Assembly (NCBI GenBank): GCA_041650315.1
Contig: JBAZLJ010000001.1
Span: 141,237-205,236, forward strand
DNA: 64,000 nucleotides
Direction of reading: 5' to 3'
Source: Candidatus Woesearchaeota archaeon
GTDB taxonomy: Archaea > Nanobdellota > Nanobdellia > Woesearchaeales > JAGVYF01
Position numbers and translations under genes: made by a program. Below are positions 47,378 to 57,432 of the stretch, piece after piece. Under the pieces are notes generated by a model, which worked only from the letters and a program-made list of their open reading frames with translations, was not told where the DNA came from and did no database searches. Each line of letters begins with the position of its first letter. Position 1 is the stretch's first letter.

Positions 47378-48271
47378 CTATTTAGCTTTAATACCAATTT
47401 TTTCGTTCAGTAACACTTTGTTTTGGCATTCGCCTTTCAGGCTGCAGGCATTGCATTTGTTCTCAGAATGAATTGGTTCAGGTATTTCACTTGAATCCAA
47501 GGTTTCTTTTACTTTTTTTATTAACGCTAGGATGTCTTGCTTCAAGAAAGGGTTCATTATGACATCGTATTTGATGTCTTCGTTAAGGTAATGGATGTAT
47601 CCGCCTTTGACTTCAAGGCCGTATTTCTCTTCTAGAAGGAGCATGTATGCCGCTAATTGTATCCTGTGACCCTCCCATAATGTGTCTGTCGGCGCTTTGC
47701 CTGTCTTTAATTCGGCGGGTATAATGTTGCCTTTGTAGATCTCTACTCTATCTATGACTCCCATTAGTTCGAGTTTTTGGGATTCAACCCTTACTTCAGA
47801 TTCTATTTTAGGCGTAAGCTTTTCCCATAATTGTTCGCCTAGAAGGTTATTTTCTTTGATGAATTCGCAGATATTCTGGGATCTGAACTTGTACTCTTTT
47901 TCCATAAACGGCCAGATTGTCTTGAAAGTCTCGCCTAGATCAAGATTCACATCTTTTAGTGAAGGTTTGAACTTGATAATGGATTCTCTTACAGTCAGAG
48001 AATATTTTTGCTTGTAATGATTCTGAATAGTGTTTATGTTCTGGTCTTTTATTGATAGGACTATGCTTTTCTCCATCTTATTGATTTTGTCATAGATGTC
48101 ATGCCTTAATGAGCCGATGATTGTGGCTTCCCTTGGCGGTTCGATGAATCCTAATACTTTAGTAAGATAGAGTTTTCTAGGGCAATATAGGTAGCTGGTC
48201 AGTGCAGTTACGCTTAGCATAGATTTTATGTGGGGAATGGAGTATATAAATCTCACGGGTGACCAGTGCAC
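47378..48271 (-). CDS. Cas4-like PD-(D/E)xK nuclease (DUF83) with Fe-S cysteine cluster, stand-alone
   Basis: 297 aa; N-terminal YLYCPRKLYL, IGSLRHD, GVIDRVE, ELKTGK, QLAAYMLLLE, C-terminal CNACSLKGEC. Confidence 0.65.
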   Translation of the reverse strand: MHWSPVRFIYSIPHIKSMLSVTALTSYLYCPRKLYLTKVLGFIEPPREATIIGSLRHDIYDKINKMEKSIVLSIKDQNINTIQNHYKQKYSLTVRESIIKFKPSLKDVNLDLGETFKTIWPFMEKEYKFRSQNICEFIKENNLLGEQLWEKLTPKIESEVRVESQKLELMGVIDRVEIYKGNIIPAELKTGKAPTDTLWEGHRIQLAAYMLLLEEKYGLEVKGGYIHYLNEDIKYDVIMNPFLKQDILALIKKVKETLDSSEIPEPIHSENKCNACSLKGECQNKVLLNEKIGIKAK

Positions 48272-48319
48272 TATGGAGGATGTCCAGTGCTACTCTAATT
48301 GTATTATTACTCTCTATAA

Positions 48320-49693
48320 ATGCTTATAAAACGACTTTTTGTTTTCGAGTGCATGAGATGGTGGTTATTGGTTTTATTGGTTTTAATGCCGTTTGCTTGC
48401 GCTGAGACTTATTTCTCAGAAGTGATGTATAATCCATTGGGATCTGATACTGGTTTTGAATGGGTTGAGGTTTATAGTAATGATTCTTTAGAGATTACTT
48501 CTTGTAAGTTTTTGGAAGCTGGTGTGAATCACGGCATTACTTTGAGTTCTAATGGTACTTCATCTTATTTTGTGATTGCGGACGTGCCTTCAAAGTTCTT
48601 GGGGAACTATAGCTATAATGGCACTTTGTATGATTCAGCATTCTCTTTGTCTAATACTGGCGAGGCTTTGAGTTTTGTTTGTGATGGCATTACTATCGCT
48701 TTTGTGAATTATACGGATATTGCTCTGGAAGGCGATACTTTGCAGTTCATTTCATCTGAGTGGGTTTCGGGTGTTGCATCTCCGGGTTATTTGGGCTTAA
48801 AGACTGAAGTACCAAACGAAACATTGCCGGAAGCTGTGAACGAATCAGTTTCTTTCATTAAGATTGATAAGGTTGATGCGAATGTAACGTTTGGTTCAGT
48901 TCTGGATGTGAAGTTCACTGCACATAAAGGCGATACTTCGAAGTATGCCGTTTATGTGTGGGTGGATGGCGCGAGCGACAAATCGCAGGTAAATATGTAT
49001 ACCAAACTTTCAGATGGCACTTTCACTATCCCTGTGCAATTGCGCCCTAATTGCGATGGCCGCTACGATGAAGGCGATTATACTTTACGAATATCTGGTC
49101 TTGGTGTTGAAGTGAATGCTTCTGTGCATGTGTCTGGAATCAATACTAAGCTGTGCAAGGTTGTTGAGAAGACTGTGACGAAGACAACCGGTTCTTCTTG
49201 TCCCGCTACTTCTAGCTTCGAGTATTCTCTTGTAGGTTATCCTACAGCAGTTCTTGTCGGTTTGGAATTCAAGACGTTGGTTAAGATTGTGAATAATTAC
49301 GATTATGAGATTCCTGTGAAAGTCTGGAGTTATGTGTATCGCGGTTCGAAGACGTATTCCGGCGAACGCGAAGAGAACATGATTTCTTTCGATCTCGATT
49401 CTGGCGATGAGAAGATTATCGAATTGAAGAATACTGTTGAAGATGCTTTATCTGGCGATTACAAGCTTAAAGTCTTAATCAATAAGAAGGATCAGAAGAC
49501 TAATCAGGAACTGACTTCGGACATTTCTATTTTCGCAATACCTGTCGCGGAGAATAAGACTTGCGCAGTGTGTCCGACGTGTTCTTCTGCGGAAAAATCG
49601 GTTTCGAAAGAGATTGTCATGTCTGGCGCGAAAGCGGGCTTTGGTTATGAGAATGTCGCAAGCGATGTTATTTCTGATGGAATTGTGTACTAG
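48320..49693 (+). CDS. Secreted protein with N-terminal lamin-tail domain (LTD); in-frame TAG followed by a C-terminal TM anchor
   Basis: 457 aa; signal peptide then FSEVMYNPLGSDTGFEWVEVYSND (LTD motif); the frame is open past the TAG for 33 more codons (49694-49795). Confidence 0.6.
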   Translation: MLIKRLFVFECMRWWLLVLLVLMPFACAETYFSEVMYNPLGSDTGFEWVEVYSNDSLEITSCKFLEAGVNHGITLSSNGTSSYFVIADVPSKFLGNYSYNGTLYDSAFSLSNTGEALSFVCDGITIAFVNYTDIALEGDTLQFISSEWVSGVASPGYLGLKTEVPNETLPEAVNESVSFIKIDKVDANVTFGSVLDVKFTAHKGDTSKYAVYVWVDGASDKSQVNMYTKLSDGTFTIPVQLRPNCDGRYDEGDYTLRISGLGVEVNASVHVSGINTKLCKVVEKTVTKTTGSSCPATSSFEYSLVGYPTAVLVGLEFKTLVKIVNNYDYEIPVKVWSYVYRGSKTYSGEREENMISFDLDSGDEKIIELKNTVEDALSGDYKLKVLINKKDQKTNQELTSDISIFAIPVAENKTCAVCPTCSSAEKSVSKEIVMSGAKAGFGYENVASDVISDGIVY

Positions 49694-49795
49694 TCGGACG
49701 CATTACTGCAGAAGAAAGCTGTGCCAATGTTCCTGAGCTTGGTAGGGTTGCTGGGCGTGGGTTTGTTCAAGTATAAGTTTGAAGAAGGCGAATAA
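49694..49795 (+). other. In-frame extension downstream of the TAG stop of the LTD protein, encoding a TM anchor (SDALLQKKAVPMFLSLVGLLGVGLFKYKFEEGE)
   Basis: Same frame as the upstream CDS; hydrophobic helix plus charged tail; GC-richer than the background. Confidence 0.4.
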
Positions 49796-49798
49796 ATT

Positions 49799-50362
49799 TT
49801 ATTGCACCATGCCGAATTTCTTATTCTTCTTTGTCATCTTGACGAAGTTGTCCAATCTGTTCTGGAAGATTCTCTTGCCTTGAGCCCTTGAATGCTCAAT
49901 ATAACCAATACGTACTCTTTTGTAGCCGTCTGAGAAGTTTTGGAAATGTTTCCATGCTTCTTTATCCGCTTTCAACGCTTTGAGGATATCTTTGGCGATG
50001 ATGAATTTTTCATCTTTATCCTTATCGAATGCGTGCTTCACTGCTTCGAGCCCTATCTTCGTCATCCTTTTGTTCTTAATTAGCCTGCGGATGCGTTCTT
50101 TGTTCATTTCCGAGAGCACGCTTGTCGGTTTCCTTGGCGTGAATCTCTGCGCGAACTTTTCGTCATCAATTCTTTTTACGATGCTGTCAATCCAGCCATA
50201 ATTCAACGCTTCTTCCACTGCATCATTGTACGGGATCCTGGGCTTGTTGCTGGATTTCCGGTAATATATCAGCCAGATACATTTCTCTTTCTTAGAATTG
50301 TTCTTTAGCCATGAGCGCCATTGTGTTCTGTTGGTGACATACAGCGTTTTGCCTATTTCCAT
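49799..50362 (-). CDS. YdeI/OmpD-associated family protein (DUF1801/DUF1905-like)
   Basis: 187 aa; NYGWIDSIVKRIDDEKFAQRFTPRKPTSVLSEMNKERIRRL. Confidence 0.6.
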   Translation of the reverse strand: MEIGKTLYVTNRTQWRSWLKNNSKKEKCIWLIYYRKSSNKPRIPYNDAVEEALNYGWIDSIVKRIDDEKFAQRFTPRKPTSVLSEMNKERIRRLIKNKRMTKIGLEAVKHAFDKDKDEKFIIAKDILKALKADKEAWKHFQNFSDGYKRVRIGYIEHSRAQGKRIFQNRLDNFVKMTKKNKKFGMVQ

Positions 50363-50553
50363 GACATTTAATAAATAATTGAAATTTATAAAACTATAGA
50401 ATCAGATATCATCTTTTCTTAAAGTCTGCATAGAAGGACATTATTCCCAATGCTAGAAATAACAATGCTTCAATCCAGTTCTGTTTTTGGAATGCTTCTA
50501 TCAATGCTATCCCAAAGAATAAGATAAAAACAGCGATGTTAGTGTATTCCATT

Positions 50554-52308
50554 CTATATGCCCCAAAGCGGAGTTCTAACTCTCATTATCTCCATGATTT
50601 CTTTGATGCATTCGACTTCTTTAGCAGTGAGATATTTCTTGAGTTTTTTGAGTTTCCTGAAATCCTCTTCAGGCATTGCTGAGTATAAGAAATCGCCTTC
50701 CATGGCTTGTCTGCCCATGGTGATCTTGTCGTAAGATACAGCCACTTGCTTGCCTTGTTTCGCTTCGCAGATATTTTCTTTGTTCTCTTGCATCTCTTTC
50801 GCGGTCGTTATGGTCATTCCTTCCTTGTTCATCAATGGAGTGCCTGTTTTCAATACGCCTGCAATTATATCTGTTCCGCAGACTGCTGGATTGTTTTGCC
50901 TGAATACATAGCCAGTCATCAGTTGAACTTTGCATGGTCTGATTATTAAATCCAATTCTCTCTTTTCCTTATTTTTTTCCATATCAAGAACCCATGCGTC
51001 GTACTCTTCGATAAGTCTGTAAACGACTTGGTTCATTATGATTTTAATATAAGAACAAGAATCTAATTCAGCTTTCACATTGAATCCAAGGATTACTGCG
51101 TGCAATGGATTCTTTTCTAAGTTTGATTCTGCTTCAACAACATCTTTCTTAGTGATGTTCCCGATTGCCGCTTTTCTTATCGGAATCTTCTTGTCTTTCA
51201 ATAATTTTGATAATGCTTCTAATGCGCCTAGAGTGTCTGCTTTGATTACAACGCCTTCTTTGTCTGTTTCAATAAGGACTTCGTTGACTTCTTTCTGTAT
51301 CTCTTCAGATACTTTTTCCAATGTTAGCTTTGTAGCAACTCTTATTGGCATGCCTGCGATGACGCCGTTCATGTCTGGCGCTGAGATTTTGACTCCGGTC
51401 GCAGCATATACTTCTTTGACATTGTCGTATTTGCTCTTCTTGTCGCGCATCTCTGCTAATGGCGTAGGCTGAAGCAATGCTCTGACTTTTGTCACGATTG
51501 GTTTGTCAATTCCGCCGATGACTATCATGTCATTGACTTTGAGATTGCCTTCGTAAAGAATAACATCAATTGTAGTGCCTAATCCTTTGTCTTCCTTGAC
51601 TTCAAGAATTGTTCCTTTGCCTGCGTTTTCCGTATTGCATTCAAGGCATGCGTTCAGATATTTTTGCGCAAGCGCTGTGATTATCATCAACAATTCTGGA
51701 ATGCCTTCTCCAGTCTTTGCTGATACTGGTATGATTGTGATTTTCTTTGTGAAATCTTCAACTCTGTCGAAGCGTTCTGCATCAAGTCCATTCTCTTGGA
51801 GCTGACCTACCATCTCGTACATTTTTGTCTCAAATTTTGCGATGACTTCAGGGGATTGTTTTTCAATACTTTTCGCTAAAATTTGGTCTTTGTTCTGCCA
51901 ACCGTGAATCAAGTCGACTTTGTTGGCTGCAATCACGAACGGAGTCTTATAATCTCTTAGGATATTGATAGATTCTAATGTCTGCGGCATAAGTCCTTCG
52001 TTGATGTCAACGACTAGAATCGCGATGTCTGCTAAGTTGCCGCCTCTTTTTCTCAGGTTTGTGAAAGCTGCGTGTCCTGGCGTATCAATTGTCAGGAATC
52101 CTGGTAATGTTATGTCTGTTTTTAGAGAATCTAGAAGTTTTCCGCAGATCTTCTTGATTGTTGAGATAGGGATGATAGAAGCACCGATTGCCTGTGTGAT
52201 ACCGCCGGCTTCTGTGGCTGTGATAGCGCTGTTCCTAATCTTGTCTAGTAAAGAGCTTTTCCCATGGTCAACATGACCGAGCACCGACAATATCAGACTG
52301 CGTTTCAT
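50554..52308 (-). CDS. infB: Translation initiation factor aIF5B (IF-2)
   Basis: 584 aa; GHVDHGKSSLLD, DTPGH, NKVD G-domain. Confidence 0.9.
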   Translation of the reverse strand: MKRSLILSVLGHVDHGKSSLLDKIRNSAITATEAGGITQAIGASIIPISTIKKICGKLLDSLKTDITLPGFLTIDTPGHAAFTNLRKRGGNLADIAILVVDINEGLMPQTLESINILRDYKTPFVIAANKVDLIHGWQNKDQILAKSIEKQSPEVIAKFETKMYEMVGQLQENGLDAERFDRVEDFTKKITIIPVSAKTGEGIPELLMIITALAQKYLNACLECNTENAGKGTILEVKEDKGLGTTIDVILYEGNLKVNDMIVIGGIDKPIVTKVRALLQPTPLAEMRDKKSKYDNVKEVYAATGVKISAPDMNGVIAGMPIRVATKLTLEKVSEEIQKEVNEVLIETDKEGVVIKADTLGALEALSKLLKDKKIPIRKAAIGNITKKDVVEAESNLEKNPLHAVILGFNVKAELDSCSYIKIIMNQVVYRLIEEYDAWVLDMEKNKEKRELDLIIRPCKVQLMTGYVFRQNNPAVCGTDIIAGVLKTGTPLMNKEGMTITTAKEMQENKENICEAKQGKQVAVSYDKITMGRQAMEGDFLYSAMPEEDFRKLKKLKKYLTAKEVECIKEIMEIMRVRTPLWGI

Positions 52309-52442
52309 AGTGAAAACGATAAAATAGGCTCTTTTTAAAGGTTGTGTTTATAAATAAGGCATTTCCGAGAATACTAATTCGTATCATTTATATACTAATA
52401 TTTCCTAAATAATAGCAGTATTATTCAAAAGAGGTGTGATAT

Positions 52443-53357
52443 ATGGATAATTCATTAAAATTCATTTCGATTTCTTTAGCGGTTCTTTTTGTTGTGATTA
52501 TAGGTTTTGGTTCTCCTTTGGTGGAGAATACCATTGTAGGCGATGCAATTCGAAATCAATTTGAGAGTAATCGTATTGCGCTTAACTGGCACCAATGCAC
52601 AGAAGGTTATAAGTGCATTTCAAAAAATACTTTAGTTTATCAGTCTGAAAATTGCAGGCATACCAAAACAACTTATTGCAGATATGGGTGTGAAATGGGC
52701 GTGTGTAAAACTGCACCTAATTTCATACCGCCATATGATTGCGCTGATACTGATGATGGCGCGGATAAATTCTATATGAAAGGAACTGTCACTGGTAGCA
52801 TTCCAAGCATAGTAACAACACTCACTGATCTATGTGAGAATCCTGATACTAAAGAATCTTGCGAAGGCAGCGTGGATTGTCCTCTTCTGGAGTTTTCATG
52901 CACAAGAACATGGAACAAATATACTGGTTATATAGTCAAAGAAAGGTATACATGCCCTTACGGATGCAAAGAAGGAGCTTGCTTGGCTGGATGTCCTATC
53001 GAGTATGTCAAAGCAGTATGTCCTGACGGAATGATTGAGAATCCAACATACGATGAAAATGGTTGCCATATAACTGGCGAATGCATACAAATGCCTGCCT
53101 GCACTGACTCCGATCTAGGTCAAGATCATTATTTGATGGGGATTAACTCTGGCTATTTCATCGGAGAAGATACTACTTTTGATAGGTCTTCTGCAGTGTT
53201 CCAACAATTCAATGATTCATGCAGTGGTATAAATCTAAATACATTGAAAGAGTTCTATTGCACAAATGATGGGTATCTTACCTTTAATTCTTTCACCTGC
53301 CCAGGCAGATGCGTTAATGGCGCTTGCATAGAACCAGTGTTAGAAACAACGAACTGA
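52443..53357 (+). CDS. Cys-rich secreted/membrane-anchored protein with repeated CxxGCxxGxC modules
   Basis: 304 aa; N-terminal TM; CRYGCEMGVCK, CPYGCKEGACL, CPGRCVNGACI. Confidence 0.5.
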   Translation: MDNSLKFISISLAVLFVVIIGFGSPLVENTIVGDAIRNQFESNRIALNWHQCTEGYKCISKNTLVYQSENCRHTKTTYCRYGCEMGVCKTAPNFIPPYDCADTDDGADKFYMKGTVTGSIPSIVTTLTDLCENPDTKESCEGSVDCPLLEFSCTRTWNKYTGYIVKERYTCPYGCKEGACLAGCPIEYVKAVCPDGMIENPTYDENGCHITGECIQMPACTDSDLGQDHYLMGINSGYFIGEDTTFDRSSAVFQQFNDSCSGINLNTLKEFYCTNDGYLTFNSFTCPGRCVNGACIEPVLETTN

Positions 53358-53419
53358 GATTCAGTTCTTTTTTCTTTTTTTCCGTTTTCTTTATATATTG
53401 GCTTTTTTCTCTATAGTGC

Positions 53420-54412
53420 ATGGATTCAATAACAGAAGGCAAAGCGAAGCTGAACGTTCACTTAGGCAAGATTTCTAAGAAACTGCCTGTGTTCTATAAT
53501 CCTGTGATGAAGCTGAACAGAGACATAGCCATCTCTTTGATAAACGCTTCAGGCAAATCGCCGCGTGTAGCAGATTTTCTTGCCGGCTGCGGTGTTCGCG
53601 GCATCCGTATGTTGCTTGAATGTCCATCTATTGAATCAGTAACTTTCAATGATTACAATCCTAAAGCGGTTGAGATGATCAATTCCAATCTTTCTCTTAA
53701 TGGTCTCAAAGCAGAAGTCCATTGCGAAGATGCTGAAAAATTCTTGCTTGAGTCAAAAGGTTTTGATTATATCGATATTGACCCGTTCGGTTCTCCTAAT
53801 CAGTTCCTAGATGCTTCTGTCAAACGCATTTCTCGCGATGGTATCCTTGCAGTTACTGCTACGGATACATCTTCTCTTGCTGGCTCTTCACGGAATGCTT
53901 GCATACGTAAGTATTGGGCAGTGCCTTCACACGATTCTCTCATGCATGAAGTAGGCATGCGTATACTAATCCGTAAAGTGCAATTGATTGGGGCGCAGTA
54001 TGATAAGGCACTAATTCCGATATTCTGTAATTCTACTCTGCATTACATGAGAGTGTATTTCAGATGTATCAAAGGCAAGACTAAAGTCGATGCTATGTTG
54101 AAATTGCATGGAATGTTGTCTAATTCCGGTCCGATGTGGTTAGGCAAACTTTGGGATGCTGAGCTTGTAGCTAAGATGGACTTAGGTTCGTTGTCTATTA
54201 TCACTGATGAAGCTAAAATTGATGTTGTCGGTTTCTATGATGTGCATCAATTGGCTAAGAAACATAAGTTCAAGCTGCATAAGATGGTTGAGATTTTAGA
54301 ATTGGTTCATAAAAAAGGATATTCTGCAAGCTTGACGCATTTTTCGAATTATGGAATCAAGACAGATATGCCTATTGAAGAGTTCTGCGAAGCAATGAAG
54401 AATTTTTCTTGA
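53420..54412 (+). CDS. trm1: tRNA (guanine26-N2)-dimethyltransferase Trm1
   Basis: 330 aa; KLPVFYNPVMKLNRDIAI..., DxFGSP-type motif IDPFGSPNQF. Confidence 0.85.
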   Translation: MDSITEGKAKLNVHLGKISKKLPVFYNPVMKLNRDIAISLINASGKSPRVADFLAGCGVRGIRMLLECPSIESVTFNDYNPKAVEMINSNLSLNGLKAEVHCEDAEKFLLESKGFDYIDIDPFGSPNQFLDASVKRISRDGILAVTATDTSSLAGSSRNACIRKYWAVPSHDSLMHEVGMRILIRKVQLIGAQYDKALIPIFCNSTLHYMRVYFRCIKGKTKVDAMLKLHGMLSNSGPMWLGKLWDAELVAKMDLGSLSIITDEAKIDVVGFYDVHQLAKKHKFKLHKMVEILELVHKKGYSASLTHFSNYGIKTDMPIEEFCEAMKNFS

Positions 54413-54773
54413 TAAGTCTTAGATACATTCTGTTGCTGATTCCCATTGTTAGATAAACTAGGAATGATAAGAATAAAGTCATTCCGTGCACTAATGCGAT
54501 TATCCATGCAGGTGTGTTGATGGTATAGAGCATCAATGTCACGAATACCACTTCAATCACAGTATAGCTGGTAGTGACTTTTAGCATTGTGGCTCTTGGC
54601 ATAGGTTCTTTGAAAACAATCCCGTAGAATACTCCTAAAGCAATAGCTGCCACCAATACTGATAGTTCTACTGGCACTTTAATTAACGAGAAAATATACC
54701 ATATCAAACCATAAAGAAAGAATAATAATATCGCGAGAACAATGAAATTTCTGAAGAGTTTTTTTATATCCAT
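54372..54773 (-). CDS. Membrane protein (4 TM), hypothetical
   Basis: 133 aa hydrophobic ORF. Confidence 0.4.
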   Translation of the reverse strand: MDIKKLFRNFIVLAILLFFLYGLIWYIFSLIKVPVELSVLVAAIALGVFYGIVFKEPMPRATMLKVTTSYTVIEVVFVTLMLYTINTPAWIIALVHGMTLFLSFLVYLTMGISNRMYLRLIKKNSSLLRRTLQ

Positions 54774-55052
54774 CTAGCCAATCGCTCTTCTTACGTCTAT
54801 CACTTCTACGGAATTGACGTCTTCTAATGTAGAAATATCTTTTTCTAAAGGATCAGTAGTTCCTTGGCTTTCTTCCATAACAAAGATGATATTGACTGAT
54901 TTCAAGCCAAAAGCTATAGGTTCAACAGTAGTCCTGGTTTCGGTCTGGCCTGCGAACTTGTAAATCTTTTGCTTTACATCATTCTCTAGCTTAACAAGAT
55001 CCACGTCTGGGCTTGTAGGCATCACTCTTAATGTGACGATCGCTCTTGCCAT
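54774..55052 (-). CDS. Elongation factor 1-beta (aEF1B)
   Basis: Start set at MARAIVTLRVMPTSPDVDL...; conserved aEF1B fold motifs. Confidence 0.8.
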   Translation of the reverse strand: MARAIVTLRVMPTSPDVDLVKLENDVKQKIYKFAGQTETRTTVEPIAFGLKSVNIIFVMEESQGTTDPLEKDISTLEDVNSVEVIDVRRAIG

Positions 55053-55053
55053 C

Positions 55054-55227
55054 TTAGTTTGGACCTGTGAAACCGCATTCAGGGCATTTGTACTTAGCAA
55101 CAATCTCTCTGCAATGTGCGCATCTGATTAGTTCGAATTTGCCGCAATTTGGGCATTTGAACTGCACACTGCCTATATTGTTAGTAAGTTCTGTTTTGCA
55201 TGAATTGCATATTAGTTGTGATTTCAT
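55054..55227 (-). CDS. Zn-ribbon protein (COG2888-like; conserved partner upstream of aEF1B)
   Basis: 57 aa, not in ORF track: MKSQLICNSCKTELTNNIGSVQFKCPNCGKFELIRCAHCREIVAKYKCPECGFTGPN, with several CxxC pairs; TATA ~-23 from the ATG. Confidence 0.6.
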   Translation of the reverse strand: MKSQLICNSCKTELTNNIGSVQFKCPNCGKFELIRCAHCREIVAKYKCPECGFTGPN

Positions 55228-55271
55228 TTTAGTATTTGAATTAGAAGTTTGTTTATAAAGGTATCGCTTAT

Positions 55272-56351
55272 TTATACACGGATTATATTCCCGTCTACCT
55301 TGAATATCTTGCCTAGGAATTGCTCAGTAGTCCAGATGTTCGTCTTTGTGTGCTCGGTCATGTTCACGACTTTCATTTCGCCGCCGAATGCTAGGAACGG
55401 GATGAGGTTGTCTGCGAGATGTTGGTCAACACAAGCGCCGGAGTCTATCTCTTTAGCTAGCTTCTCTGCAGCGATCCTTCCGACGTCTTCTGAAGGCAAG
55501 CCTTTCTCGCCGAATGCATCTGCGCCTAGTATGACTGGGTTGGCATAATCTTTTTCTTCATTGCCTTTTGAGAATCTTGCCCAGACTGTTATTCCTGAGC
55601 CTATGCCATGTGTATCGCAATATATTGTGTCAATATTAACTGGGCAATTGAATTTTGATAATATGGTTCTTGCAGCTTTCGCCTGTCTTTCTGCGACATT
55701 CGCATTCTGCAGGTTCATGGATGCGTGCGATATTCCGCTGATGTTTACTATTTTGCCTTGCTCTAATAAATCAATCTTTGATTTGTTCTTCCTGAAGTCG
55801 TCCATCATAGAAAGGAAACTTTCGTATTCTTTCAGGTGATACTTCGGCTTGATTGTGAGCTCGATATGGCCGCCGCCTTCTGGATAATATCCTCTTTTCT
55901 CAAGTTTGAGCTCTAAATCTGCGTATTTAACAAGATGCGGCATCACAACATGACGGAAGTAATCGATTGACATTGACCATTGGACGTCTGTTCCTCCCGT
56001 TAGCCTGAATTTCGTCCTTTTCTCTGCGAACAATGCCGGAAGAATTGTTGATTGCAATAAGAGTGTGATTGAGCCTGCAGTTTCTATATCGATTGTGATT
56101 ATTCCACCTTTGACTTCCCCAGGCATGTACATGACATTTGATGATCCTAATTTGGCATTAGTTGTTTTCGCATTGCAGAGCTTTTCCAATGCTTTAATGC
56201 AGAACAGATGTTGGTTTTTGATGCCTGCATCTTTGCGTCCTTTCCTTATATGCTGCATCTCGAACGATGTTTTGGTTAATGTTGATAGGGCTAGCGCTGT
56301 CCTGAGTATCTGTCCGCCGCCTTCACCTTGTGATCCGTCTAGGTATAGCAT
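55272..56351 (-). CDS. rtcA: RNA 3'-terminal phosphate cyclase
   Basis: Start at MLYLDGSQGEGGGQILRTALALS; RtcA family. Confidence 0.85.
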   Translation of the reverse strand: MLYLDGSQGEGGGQILRTALALSTLTKTSFEMQHIRKGRKDAGIKNQHLFCIKALEKLCNAKTTNAKLGSSNVMYMPGEVKGGIITIDIETAGSITLLLQSTILPALFAEKRTKFRLTGGTDVQWSMSIDYFRHVVMPHLVKYADLELKLEKRGYYPEGGGHIELTIKPKYHLKEYESFLSMMDDFRKNKSKIDLLEQGKIVNISGISHASMNLQNANVAERQAKAARTILSKFNCPVNIDTIYCDTHGIGSGITVWARFSKGNEEKDYANPVILGADAFGEKGLPSEDVGRIAAEKLAKEIDSGACVDQHLADNLIPFLAFGGEMKVVNMTEHTKTNIWTTEQFLGKIFKVDGNIIRV

Positions 56352-56436
56352 TCTCTCTAGGTAGTAATCCGTTGTATATAAAGTTTGACTGGCTTTTGTC
56401 AACAAATTTAAATATAATCGCGCTAAATCTAGAATT

Positions 56437-56700
56437 ATGGCACATTCAGAAATGTTGGATTTATTCCATCACATACATCATAATCAGGAAGGGCATGTTG
56501 TTCATCATTGCGGGGGGAAGCATGTCGAGGTAGATTCCAAACTGGATTATAATATTGAGCATTGCAAATGCGGTAAGCATAGAATTGATAAGAAAAAAGT
56601 AATTGGCCATGATTTCTCGCATAATGAAGTGCTTGTTGAATTTTTTGAGAAATGCCCTGAAGGCGGTTGGCATATAGAAAGCGGGAAGAAGGTTAACTAA
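56437..56700 (+). CDS. Small His/Cys-rich protein (possible metal-binding)
   Basis: 87 aa; HHIHHNQEGHVVHHCGGKH...HCKCGKH. Confidence 0.4.
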   Translation: MAHSEMLDLFHHIHHNQEGHVVHHCGGKHVEVDSKLDYNIEHCKCGKHRIDKKKVIGHDFSHNEVLVEFFEKCPEGGWHIESGKKVN

Positions 56701-57349
56701 AAACTATTCTTGCATCTACTACTTTCGCGTCTTTTGAGTTTATCATCAATGGATTGATGTCAAGCTCTTCTATCTTCGGATGCGTTTTAGGTATCTTGGA
56801 TGCTTTGACTAGAATCTCTTTCAGAAGCCTTAGATTGACTGGCTTTTCATTCCTGAATCCTGTTAGTAATTTATTTAATTTTAAATCCGCTATCATTTGT
56901 TCTGCGTCTTTTTCTGTGATTGGACAAGATCTGAATTGGACGTCTTTGAGCATTTCTGTGTAGATTCCGCCAGTGCCGAACATTATCACATGACCGAATG
57001 TCGCATCCTTTTTTATGCCTACGATAACTTCTTTGCCTTTGATGTATTCTTGAGCGAGAATTCCTTCTAATTTTAGCTTATTTGCTTTGACTATTTTTTC
57101 AAGCTCTTGATATTGAATCACTAAGTCTGTTTTGTTGTTGACTATTCTGATTCCTTTTATTTCGGTCTTGTGGAGAGCTTGCGGTGATATGATTTTTAGA
57201 ACAATAGGATACTTTTTCGCGAATTTCAATGCTTGTTCGGCATTCTTAGTTAGCTCGCTCTTCGCTACCGGCAGGTACTTCTTCAGAAAGTCTTCTGCTT
57301 TTTTCTCTGCGAACACTTCTTTTTTCTTACCGAATAATCTGCTGAACAT
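56693..57349 (-). CDS. Acetate--CoA ligase (ADP-forming) beta subunit (ATP-grasp)
   Basis: 218 aa; ...GHVIMFGTGGIYTE...DINPL. Confidence 0.7.
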   Translation of the reverse strand: MFSRLFGKKKEVFAEKKAEDFLKKYLPVAKSELTKNAEQALKFAKKYPIVLKIISPQALHKTEIKGIRIVNNKTDLVIQYQELEKIVKANKLKLEGILAQEYIKGKEVIVGIKKDATFGHVIMFGTGGIYTEMLKDVQFRSCPITEKDAEQMIADLKLNKLLTGFRNEKPVNLRLLKEILVKASKIPKTHPKIEELDINPLMINSKDAKVVDARIVFS

Positions 57350-57432
57350 ATAGAGAATAATGGATTTTTGGGTATTTATATGTTTCTGTGTATAGAAATG
57401 CTTTTAAGATAATTCTTCTATTTAATGGTGTA

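Noticed and set aside
50412-50552. 46-aa hydrophobic micro-ORF (- strand) in the YdeI-aIF5B intergenic region; partial 'aagtctgca' match to the repeat family
   Set aside because: The match to the repeat is only 9 nt. The ORF is plausible as a small membrane protein but unsupported, so it is not called.
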